NCBI GenBank assembly: GCA_030390025.1
Contig: CM059432.1
Span: 71,178,001-71,242,000 of the forward strand
Length of the DNA stretch: 64,000 nucleotides
Origin: Squalus acanthias
Lineage: Eukaryota
Direction of reading: 5' to 3'
In this document: positions 51,271-61,595 of the stretch, one piece after another
Layout: the number at the start of each line of letters is the position of its first letter
Numbering within the stretch: position 1 is the first letter of the stretch
The notes under the pieces: generated by a model
Seen by the model: the letters and a program-made list of their open reading frames with translations, nothing else
What the model was told of the DNA's origin: nothing
The model's database searches: none
Position numbers and translations under genes: made by a program

Positions 51271-52738
51271 CAGATGGCCTGAGGTAGATTCAGAAGTGGG
51301 TAATGTTATACAGCTAACTGCATGAAGAGCTGCCTTAGCCAAGCAGCTGGCATGCTTGGCTTGATGTACAGAAACCGAGGTATCAGTGCTTGTGGGAGTA
51401 TATATGATGGAATGTACATGAGGGACCAGTGCCTCTTGCTTCATTATCCCTAGCCTCCTCCTTAATATACTGGCCCTGGATCTCATGTGCACACTCCTCA
51501 AATTATGTCAGATCTGTTCCTCTGACTCTGTTCTCTTGTGCATCTCCACCCCCATTGCCCGGGTCTACCTGTCTGCTGGCCAGCTCGCCAGTCAATATTG
51601 CGCTGACCTAGAGTCAACAACTAGTAGTGGGACACCCATTCTGGGCATGCAGATCACTGGCGGCATGATAATGAGGCCTCCTGCCAGCAGCAATGGGCAA
51701 ACATTCCACCCGCTGCCCACCGGTGCCATGCCTGGAGTAAACATCTACCCATTTTCTGGTCATGCTTTGGCCGAAATTGCTGTGCAGAACTTGGCTGCCA
51801 TGTTTCCCTACATTACAACAGTGACTACGCTTCAAAAAGTAATTCAATGCCTGTGATACACTTTAAGGCGTTCTGAAGTCATGAAAGGTGCTATATAAAG
51901 GCAAGTTCTTTCTTGTATCAGGAGTTGTGGTTCTCAGCATTGTAAGTTTAAGTACTCTTTCAGTACGATATTATGATGTTGTGCTGATGTTTTAATCTTA
52001 CAAGATATTTTGGAAGGACAGGGGGATTTTATGCATGAAAATACTGTAGGATATTGATTTGGTTTTTAATTAATTTTAAAAATGTAGTTTCATAAGACAT
52101 TGAAATGTGGTGTACAGTTCTTACATAGAGGAGATACCCCAACCTTTGAACTCTTTTGGGTTGCAATGACACCTTTTGCTAAAATAGGAAAAGGAATTAC
52201 TAAGATTTTCATACATTAATATCACATAGTGCAATTTGACTTTATTTATCAAAACAGATACCAGGTTTTGACTGAAAGTAGGATTGTGAATATCACTGTA
52301 CAGTTCAGATCTTGGCAGGTAATAGGATAAATCATCTCAGCCAATCAATGTTGTGTGTCATCTTCAGCAAACATCCCATGACGATTTCAATTACTGTTGC
52401 CATTGATTGGGTTTGATAAGCATATGACTTCTTTTACAGTCAGCAGACAGAGAACACTTGTATCCAGCATTCTAGGCTGGATTTGAAACAAGGTCCATGA
52501 ATTTAAAGATTTGCAACTACTCCACTATATTATCCAATCCCTTTAGATAAGAATGGTACCGTAAAAAAAAACAGGGGAGGGGGTTGGGAGGAGAATTTTC
52601 TGAAATTGGTGAATTTGATTGGTGTTTGCCTTTTGCTTGCATGGGATTAAAAGGACAGTTGTGAATTCTGTCAATGGCGGAAAAAAGCAATGGACATTAT
52701 TAATTGAAACCATGCTGCATTTTCCATAGAATTATTTA

Positions 52739-53274
52739 AGTCCCGATTTTAACTCGGGGCGGGAGTTGGGTAGGTGGAGGTCGAGTAGGTGACAAACCAT
52801 CCTGACCTTGGCAGCGTGAGGCCCGGGAGATTTTAACACCCAGGCCTCACCTACATGTCCCCGATCAGTCCTCGCTCGAAATCTGCGGCAAACTGCAGCT
52901 GGCAGGCAATAGCGGAATGTCAGGCAGCAGGAGACTGCTGTTGCAGACCGAAGGAATGGTCCAGGAAGGGATTTGTGAGAGCCTCATGATTGGGGAGGGG
53001 GGGAAACCTGGGGCTGGGAGGCCTAAACTTTCCTGCTCCTTCTGGCTCCACAAGGAAAGTTAAAAGAAGTAAATCAACTTAAATTTTTGGGCCTCTTCTA
53101 GCCCGACTCCTCTTCCAACTAGGTTGGCCTGGCTGGAAAGCCACACTGGCTTCTGTGCTTAGGCCTCTGGTTAAAATAGCAGTCGGACCCTGGCTCTGCA
53201 TATTTAAAGAAAGACCCTGCCAGTTTCCGGCAGGTGCCCTTCATGACCGCTCAGAAGAGGTTAAAATCGGAACC
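52739..53274. mobile_element. Harbinger-type MITE related to 17008-17562
   Basis: agtcccgattttaac / gttaaaatcggaacc termini; internal similarity to the 17-kb MITE. Confidence 0.65.
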
Positions 53275-53684
53275 TTTGGGAAGCGATCAAGACCTCTGTG
53301 GGTAAGTCCCGCAGGCAATTTAACTGCTTGCCCACCCGATTTGTGAGATGGTAGCAAACAACTTAATAATGTCTTTGTTGACTTAAATTGCTCTGCATGT
53401 GGTTGTTATAGTTGCTGCAGTCTTGAATTTTTTCTAGTACTGAGTCACTAGGATGGGAGGATTTTCTTGGGCACTATGTCGACCTGCATCCAAGGGGTGT
53501 CTATTCAGAAGGGTCGCTAGCTCATCCATTTCCACAAATAAGAAGACAAACAATTGGAGGGGTAAGAACAATTTTATGTAATTGCTGGCTTCCTCAGTTT
53601 CTGGGTATGATCAACTACGCTCACATGAAACCAACAACCGTCCATCAAATGCAGCAGAGGAGTATTCTGGACACAGTGAAAACA

Positions 53685-55140
53685 ATGACCATGACAACAT
53701 CCTGGCTGTAGTGCTGAAGGCCTGCGCGCCTGAACTAGCTGCCCCCACCCCCCGACAAGCTGAGCAATCCAGTGCAGCTATGACACTGGCATTTACCTGA
53801 CAATGTGGAAAATGGCCTGGGTGTGTCCTATCCATAAAAGTCAAATCAGGCCAATGACTGTGCTATCAACCTCCTCCCTATTATCAGCAATGTGATATAA
53901 AAGTAAACAATAGTGCTATCAAGCGATATCTGCTCACCATAACCTGCCCGCTGATGTTCAGTTCAGGTTCTGCCAGAACCACTCAGCTCCAGACCTCATC
54001 GTAACCTTGACACAGACATTGATGCAAAAGCTGAATGCCAAAAGAGAGGTAAAAGTAATTGCCCTGGACATCAAGGAAGCATTCAACTTGGGTATGACAC
54101 CAAAGAGCCTTAGTAAAATTGACGGCATTAGGACAAACCCTCCAGTGGCTGGAGTCATATCTGACATACAAGAATTGGTTGTGGTTTGTCAGAATTTTAT
54201 ACACTTCTATGAGGTCCCCTCTCAATCTTCTAAACTCCAGTGTGTACATCCCTAAACTACATAGTCTCTCCTCATAGGTCAATCCCGCCATTCCTGGTAT
54301 CAGCCTGGTGAATCGCCGCTGCACCCCCTCCATGGCAAGAACATCTTTCCTCAGATGAGGCGACCAAAACTGTACACAGTACTCGAGGTGTGGTCTCACC
54401 AGTGCCCTGTACAGCTGCAGCAAGGTATCCCTGTTCCTGTATTCCAACCCTTTTGCTATGAAGGCCAGCATACCGTTTGCCTTCTTGACCGCCTGTTGCA
54501 CCTGCATGCTCGCCTTCAGTGACTGGTGTACAAGAACACCCAGGTCTCTCTGTACTTCCCCCTCTCCCAATTTATTGCCATTTAAATAATAATTTGCCCT
54601 CCCGTTCCTGCACCCAAGGTGGATAACTTCGCACTTGTCCACATTATAGTGCATCTGCCATTTATCCGCCCAATCACCCAGTCTGTCCAAATCGCTCTGG
54701 AGCTTCCTGGTCTCCTCCTCTGGTTGTCAGAGGTCAATTATCACAGCCCCAGGACATTGCTGGAGGAATTCCTCAGGGTAGCATTCTTGACCCAATCATC
54801 TTTAGCTGCTTTATAGTTGACACTCCCACCCTCATAAATTCAGTAGCAGGGATGGTCACTGATGATTTGAGTGTTTGGCTTCATTCGCAACCCCTCCAAT
54901 AATGGAGGAGGTTTGTCGATCCATAGCAGAACCTGGATAACGCCCAGTCATGGGCTGACAGGTGACCAGTAAAATCGTGCCACAAGAGTGCCATGCAATG
55001 ATCATCTCTAACAAGAAAAGGCTCAACTACTTTCCCATAACTTTCAACAGCACCACCATTGCTGCATCCCCACCATCAACATTCTGTGGGTCACCAAAGA
55101 CCAGAAGCTTAACTGGACCAACCATATCAACACAGTGGCT
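53685..55140 (+). mobile_element. Decayed LINE family B RT fragment interrupted by a CR1 piece
   Basis: Collinear with 12690-13640 on both sides of the 54189-54720 insert. Confidence 0.85.
54189..54720 (-). mobile_element. Internal CR1 fragment lacking its 3' tail, flanked by an ~11-bp TSD
   Basis: Open frame DRLGDWADKWQM...RGDLIEVYKIL. tggtttgtcaga (54182-54193) / tggttgtcaga (54721-54731). Confidence 0.9.
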
Positions 55141-56050
55141 ATCCCAGTACCAAAGCAACTACACTGCCATATCCATTAACCATTAGTATATTTCACATTT
55201 TAATTTTAACATTACATTTTAATTTTAATCTAATCACTGATTGGTCTAGCTCAGGTTGACAATTTATTCATCTGATTGTTCATAAAAATTAAAATATCAG
55301 CTTATGAAAAGTTCATTATTGCCATTATTCGCCATGGGGTTAATTCTCATGCAATTATCACCAGCACCTCCCCCTCCACTATAGCTCTCCTTGTATCTCA
55401 CACAAATACTCTGCATGAAATTATTTCTTTGCTAAAGCTCCTAAGGCACCGTGTGAGTCATATTCATAGACTACTCACATTATTGGCTTTTTAACTATCT
55501 CAATAGAATTACAAATGTGGTAGTGTGAAAAGAAACAATAGGAAGGGCTTATGGAAAGGTTCTGTCTCTTCTCATACTCTGGCGTTGCAGTACTCTGTCT
55601 TACTTCTTCTCTTGTGACAAGACAAATGTCAATGTATTTGCAATAAGATCCTACATTTTCAGCTTCAAACACCTTTACAGTGTTAAAGCCTGGTCTAAGT
55701 GTTGCATCACAAGTGGCATAAAAGCACAGTAACATCAGAGTATAAGGTTGGAAATTCCTGCTAACAAAGATGGTTTCACTGGTTAGACGGTGTGAGCAGT
55801 GGTTAGAAAATTGCAAATTCGTCAGCTCGATTACTTTACCTCTGCTCTGAACTGGTTGTCTGTCAGTGGTTTGACAACTTCATTCTATTTGCAAGTCAAA
55901 ATAATTGTTAATGGTTAGCATATGATTTTCCTGGTTTCTTACACTGTACATGCATTGTGCTAATCTCACTCACTTCGATGGGCATTAAAGGTTGACCAGG
56001 TTCTTGCCTTAAAGCTGCATTCTTCACTTATATTTCCTACCATGTCATTT

Positions 56051-56561
56051 CATAAGAACATAAGAACATAAGAAATAGGAGCAGGAGTAGGCCAATCGGC
56101 CCCTCGAGCCTGCTCCGCCATTCAATAAGATCATGGCTGATCTGATCCTAACCGCCAATCTACTATCTATCACAGAACCATCTCCTGCATCTAACAGAAT
56201 TGCACACACGAAATAGGAGCAGAATCAGGCTACATGGTCCCTGGGCCCGCTCCACTACCCACAGGGCCATGACCGATCCGAACCTAGACTCATGTCCAAA
56301 TTCCTGCCCGCTCCCCGTAACCCTTAATGCCCTTTACTTCTAGGAAACTGTCTATTTCTGTTTTAAATTTATTTAATGATGTAGCTTCTACAGCTTTTTG
56401 TGGCAGCATATTCCATGGACCTACCACCCTCTGAGTGAAGTAGTTCCTCCTCATCTCAGTTTTGAAAGAGCAGCCCCTTATTCTAAGACTATGTCCCCTA
56501 GTTCTAGTCTCACCCGTCATCGGGAACATCCTCCCCGCATCCACCCGATCCAACCCCTTCA
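56051..56561 (-). mobile_element. CR1 3' end with extended 3'UTR
   Basis: KGLDRVDAGRMFP...YFTQRVVGPWNMLP; AAGAACAT tail; a second tail-like motif at ~56210. Confidence 0.92.
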
Positions 56562-56564
56562 AGT

Positions 56565-57720
56565 TATGGGGATAGCTTTCAGAGCTCCATTTTCATTGGA
56601 TTTAGTTGAAGAGGATGAAGAACAAAGAGGGGATTCCAGCAATGTTATATGGCACCTGATGCAGACTGGCAGTATTACCAGTATGTCATCAACTATATTT
56701 ACAGCCCCAGGAATAGGTATCTGGCAATGAATGAGAGAGAGCTGTCTCTGCAATTTCGGGTTCAGCAAGAGGGCAGCTGCCAAGCTGTGCTATTAATTTC
56801 AGTGAAATCTGTAGCCAAACTGACAGTCAAAGTGACTACAATTTTATGCCTTTGGCATCTGAAGAGGGTGACATAATGGAAATGCTAGACAAATGAATTC
56901 AGAGGTCATTGCACACTCATTTTCTCAAACAGCCACGTGTGCAACTTTTCCCCCATAAACCTGGCACTACTGCTTCCTAGGCTGCTAGACTCTGATAAGT
57001 GCTGAAACTTTGGAAAATTGCTGTCTAATTCATTTTTTTTTACTTGTTCATGTGATCTGGGCGTTGCTAGCAAGGCCAGCATCTATTGTCCATCCCTAAT
57101 TGGTACTAAGAAGGTACTCCCACAGTGCTGTTAGGGAGGGAGTTCCAGGATTTTGACCCAGCGACGATGAAGGAACGACGATATACTTCCAGGTCAGGAT
57201 GGTGTGTGACTTGGAAGGGAACTTGGAGGTGGTGGTGTTCCCATGCGCCTGCTGCCCTTGTCCTTCTAGGTGGTAGAGGTCGCGGGTTTGGGAGGTGCTG
57301 TCGAAGAAGCCTTGGCGAGTTGCTGCAGTGCATCTTGTAGATGGTACACACTGCAGCCATGGTACGCCGGTGGTGGAGGGAGTGAATGTTTAAGGTGGTG
57401 GATGGGGTGTCAATCAAGTGGGCTGCTTTGTCTTGGATGGTGTCGAGCTTCTTGAGTGTTGTTGGAGCTGCACTCGTCCAGGCAAGTGGAGAGTATTCCA
57501 TCACACTCCTTACTTTTATTGCATCTGAAAGTATCTGTAAAGGCTGCAGTACTACTCCTAGTACTAAGGGAAGCTGTTTAATTAATTCTGCAACCACCCA
57601 GTCAATAAAATGGGTGTACCAATTTGAATACCCTTATATTTAGCATACGTGGAGGAGGAGGAAGAAGATGCAGAAACTGAGGTGGATGACAAGGAGAGAA
57701 GGCACTACAGAAATGACTTC
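56565..57720 (+). pseudogene. Very old Harbinger transposase remnant, interrupted by a LINE family B fragment
   Basis: IYSPRNRYLAMNE..FR.SK..LTVKVT resemblance and an acidic tail at ~57650; weak. Confidence 0.4.
57033..57514 (-). mobile_element. LINE family B 3' fragment
   Basis: Near-identical to 11478-12005, with an internal deletion near 57105. Confidence 0.9.
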
Positions 57721-57973
57721 TAAGTGATTCCCCAGTGAAATGAGTTATTGTGTTGGCTAGCTTCAAAGTTTCAGTGGAGCTGTTTACGATTCAGGGGCCC
57801 TGGTGGCTCCTTGTGTTGTTTTTCTCAGAAGGCTCTGTAACTGGCTCAGCCATGTCCACTGCTGTGGTGGTTGGCTCATCGTGCCTACTTTCTGGCATAC
57901 AGAATCATAAATTTTATAGCACATAGCCGGAAGACTGGAACGTTATCAATCGGTGTGGGGCTGGGGGGGGCGC

Positions 57974-57981
57974 TATTTAAA
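57974..57981 (+). promoter_or_regulatory. TATA-like box upstream of the transposase
   Basis: TATTTAAA ~200 bp before the ATG; (c)tatttaaagg recurs at the equivalent place in other copies (~14054; ~45060 on -). Confidence 0.5.
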
Positions 57982-58176
57982 GGGGGCCTCTTCCTGTCTT
58001 TTTCTGTGGTCGACATTTATGCACCACTCGTTCTGAGAGAGAGAGAGAGATTCGGAGAGAGAGAGAGAGAGACTTCTACATTGACTCAACGCTTTGTGAG
58101 GTAGTTTGGCCTAGTTCATCCTAACTTTGCTGCTACTTTCGTTGCTGTACCTCATTACTTTTCTGGCAAAGAGAAT

Positions 58177-59337
58177 ATGGGGGCTGCAATGATTGGGGGC
58201 GTCGTCCTGCTCCAGCTCAATCGGAGGAGAGTGAGACGCAGACAGAGAGTGGCAATGATGGCCAGACGGAGGAGGGCCATCAAGCGCATGTACAGGAGAG
58301 CTTACCCTCCCAGGGTATATCGTGAACAGCTCTCCTACATCCACATGTCCGAGGAGCTGTGTTTGCGAAGGCTGCGATTCAGCAAGGAGGTGGTCACTGA
58401 GCTCTGCCACCTGCTGCAGCCAGATCTGCAGCCTCAGCTGAGGTCCAGGACGTCTCTGTCGGTGGCAGTGAAGGTCACAGTGGCTTTGAACTTCTACGCC
58501 ACTGGCTCATTCCAAGCTGCTGTTGGGGACCTCGCCAATATCTCCCAGTTTGCGGTGCATCGCTGCATCCGGCAGGTCACCAATGCCCTCTTCACAAGGA
58601 GACGAGACTTCATCTCCTTCCCTATGACCCCAGACAAGCAGCATGACCGTGCTATGGGCTTTGCGAGGGTAGCGGGCTTCCCCATGGTGCAGGGCGCCAT
58701 TGACTGCACGCATGTGGCTTTGCGTGCTCCGCGAGAGAATGCAGAGGAGTTCCGGAACAGAAAGGGGTTCCATTCCTTGAATGTGCAGTTGGTCTGTGAC
58801 CACAGACAGGTGATTCTCGCTGTCAATGCCCACTATCCGGGCAGCTGCCACGATGCTTTCATCCTGCGCCAGAGTACTGTGGCAGAAATTTTCGAGGCAC
58901 CGCATCAGCCAGTTGGTTGGCTTCTGGGGGACAAGGGGTACGCATTGAGCACCTGGCTGATGACACCGCTCCGTGCGCCAAACACCCCTGCTGAGCTGCG
59001 GTACCAGGAAAGCCAACAAGCAACGAGGAACATTATTGAGCGCACAATCGGCGTGCTCAAACAACGATTCCGCTGTCTGGACCATTCCGGAGGAGCCCTG
59101 CAGTACTCGCCTGAGCAAGTTTCCAAATTCGTAGTGGTGTGCTGCATGTTGCACAACATGGCAATCCTCAGGACGCAGCCAATGCCACCAGGCCTTGCAG
59201 CACCACAAGAGGAGGAGGAGGAAGAGGAGGAACAGGCCGAGGACGATGATCAGCAGCAGCACCAAGGCAGGAGGGCGGCCCACAATGGTCAAACTGCAAG
59301 GGCCGTCCGTCAACGACTAATAGCAAGCCGCTTCTAG
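58177..59337 (+). CDS. Harbinger DDE transposase (HARBI1-like), 386 aa, intact
   Basis: Single ORF with HTH region, GAIDCTHV (D), NRKGFHSLNVQLVCD, YPGSCHD, LLGDKGY (D), RNIIERTIGVLKQRF (E), CCMLHN, acidic tail. Confidence 0.96.
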   Translation: MGAAMIGGVVLLQLNRRRVRRRQRVAMMARRRRAIKRMYRRAYPPRVYREQLSYIHMSEELCLRRLRFSKEVVTELCHLLQPDLQPQLRSRTSLSVAVKVTVALNFYATGSFQAAVGDLANISQFAVHRCIRQVTNALFTRRRDFISFPMTPDKQHDRAMGFARVAGFPMVQGAIDCTHVALRAPRENAEEFRNRKGFHSLNVQLVCDHRQVILAVNAHYPGSCHDAFILRQSTVAEIFEAPHQPVGWLLGDKGYALSTWLMTPLRAPNTPAELRYQESQQATRNIIERTIGVLKQRFRCLDHSGGALQYSPEQVSKFVVVCCMLHNMAILRTQPMPPGLAAPQEEEEEEEEQAEDDDQQQHQGRRAAHNGQTARAVRQRLIASRF

Positions 59338-59631
59338 GGCCCCTGCCAGTGCTACAAACACGAATCAACCCAGCACGCAACCCCTAAGCCGGCCAAGGCA
59401 CCAATAATTCCAACCACCAGCCATGTATATTTTGAATACAGAAACTTATTTATTGTACAAACTCTGTGTGTGTCAATTCCTCATGACAAACTCATAGAAA
59501 TAAACACAAAAAAACAGTCAATAACATAACTGGTTCTCACAACCTGGAGATAATGTCCAAAACACTAAACAAAAGTTGGGCCATGAACCTCGGCCTTTAA
59601 TAAAAAAATGACCAGCATTTTGGCACACCTC

Positions 59632-61595
59632 CTACTTTTTGCCCTTCGAGGGTGATCTCCTTCCCTTGCGCACTTCCCCCCTTCTAACCCTACTGCTCCT
59701 CCGTAATGGGACCTCAGTGGCTGCAGCAAGGCTGGTGGAAGGCTGCTGCTTGTCAGACCCTGACACTGCAGATGCCCCTGAAGGACGGCCTCGACCACTT
59801 CTGGGCCTGGAGGGCCCGGCTGCAGACTGCACCAACTCTGCATGGGCGGCAGCAGTCTGTCCTACAGGCGGTGGCAAGTGCAGTGGAGAAGTGACAGTGT
59901 TGGCAGCAGGAATGCTGTCATCGTGAGAGAGGACAGCAACTCCCTGCTCGCCCGACACACTGGCACTCCCACGGGGCAGCACTTCAGCATCCGGAGCAAT
60001 TTGCCGGAGAACAGATTGCTGGCCTGCTGCGGCGCGGTGACAGCCCCGGGGACATGTGCACGAACCATCGAGGATGGCAGCAGTCAGTGCTCGCGTGGCC
60101 TCAATCTGAGTCTGCATGAGAGCAGTCTCAGATGGGTTCCTGGCAGCCAGTGACTGAATTGCAGCAGTAAGCTTTAGTGTGGCATCCGCCTGTGCTACAG
60201 CGAAGTGCTCCACACTCCTTGCCAGTGCCTCAATGCATTCGGGCACCCTTCCCACTGCACCCATGAGCTCAGTGTGCATGCCCACCGCCTGGCTGTTCAT
60301 TTCTGCAATCAGCCGCTCCTCCTCTGCGTCCATCGCAGTAGGAGTGTCTGGCATACTCTCCCTCTGGGGAGAAGGCTCCCGTTCTTCCCTCCCCCCCCCC
60401 ATGGCGTTGCTGCAGCCCGCTGGGTCCTGGAACTTCACCATCATCAGCCCCTTCCCCCCTGCTCCCCCGTTCTTCCCTCCCCCCCCAATGGCGTTGCTGC
60501 AGCCCGCTGGGTCCTGGAACTTCACCATCATCAGCCCCTTCCCCCAGCTCCCCTCCGGGGAAGGCGTGTTCCCAGTGTGGCCATGGGCTTCCTCGGGAGA
60601 GGGTGGCACTGATGCTCCGGCTTCCTCTTCCTCCTCAGCTGCAGCATCACTCCCAGTGGCAGCTTCAGGGACCATCTCCTCAGCTGGTGAATCACCATCT
60701 GAAAGCAGGGAGGTACAAGAGTGGCTTTAGCGTGAGGACAGGGTGGCAGTAAGGGAGGAATAAGTGCAGCGAGTTAGCAAGTTGGATTGAAAGTGTCAAA
60801 GGCTGGTATTGTGAGGGACAAGTGGAAGGACAGAGGACAAAAAGGTGATGACCTTACCATTGCTGTCCACAACGGGGTCGGCGTCTCCAGTGGCGACGGG
60901 ACCGATCACCCGGCTTGCCACAATCCTGTGGACGCGCTCCTCCAGATCGCTGAGGGGTTGCAGCTGAAGCCGCCCTCCACCCGTCCGTTGCTGCTGTCTC
61001 CGATTATGAGCCAGCTTAGCCTGCAAGAAAAAGGACAGCATCTGAGTCAATATACAGCCATGGTCTTGCCTGATGTGCCTCCCATAGGTGAATAGCCCTT
61101 ACAATATGCAGCCATGGTCTTGCCTGATGTGCCTCCCATAGGTGAATAGCCCTTACAATATGCAGCCATGGTCTTGCCTGATGTGCCTCCCATAGGTGAA
61201 TAGCCCTTACTGTATGCAAAGTGTGGAATGTGTGTGTGTGTTTGATGAAAGGGCCATAGGTGTTGCATGAGTGTTGTGCATTGGGGTTTTAAGACCCTCT
61301 GGCCATAGAGTGAGGTTGAGATGGAGGGATGGAGAGGTATTGAGAAAAAGCCACTCACCCTGACGACCCGAGTGAGGTCGTTGAACTTTTTGCGGCACTG
61401 GACATGGGTCCTGGGCACCATGCTCCTGGAGGAGACGCTCTGAGCCACCTCCCTCCACACTCTTCTGAACTCGCGTGGCAAAGGCCTCCTGCCACTCTCC
61501 GGGAACAGCATGCATCGTCTGCGCTCCACTGCGTCAACCAGAGCATCCAAGGCCCGCTCGGTGAAGCGATGAGCGCGTTCTCTCACCCTCTCCAT
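59632..61595 (-). CDS. Harbinger Myb/SANT-like DNA-binding protein, 3 exons (61595-61359, 61020-60858, 60698-59632), 488 aa, intact
   Basis: Donors AGG|GTGAGT and ATG|GTAAGG; acceptors TTCTTGCAG and CTTTCAG. 237+163+1067 = 1467 nt with no internal stop. RFTERALDALV..VWREVA..QCRKKFNDL, RTGGG, basic C-terminus. Confidence 0.9.
61049..61210. repeat. 3 x 54-bp tandem repeat in Myb intron 1
   Basis: aatat(a/g)cagccatggtcttgcctgatgtgcctcccataggtgaatagcccttac at 61049, 61103, 61157. Confidence 0.97.

Noticed and set aside
52450..52545. tRNA gene
   Set aside because: Only a faint B-box-like resemblance on the minus strand; no cloverleaf. At most a decayed SINE head.
58507..59313. 268-aa antisense ORF and similar shadow ORFs over LINE/Harbinger coding regions
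   Set aside because: Expected antisense shadows of GC-rich coding sequence; no independent motif.
58177..59337. Calling this the host gene HARBI1 (or the partner NAIF1/MYPOP)
   Set aside because: It sits with a convergent Myb gene and a TIR, and has many close decayed relatives in the window. That is transposon context, so no gene symbol was assigned.
61049..61210. CRISPR-like array
   Set aside because: Head-to-tail repeats without unique spacers in eukaryotic DNA.
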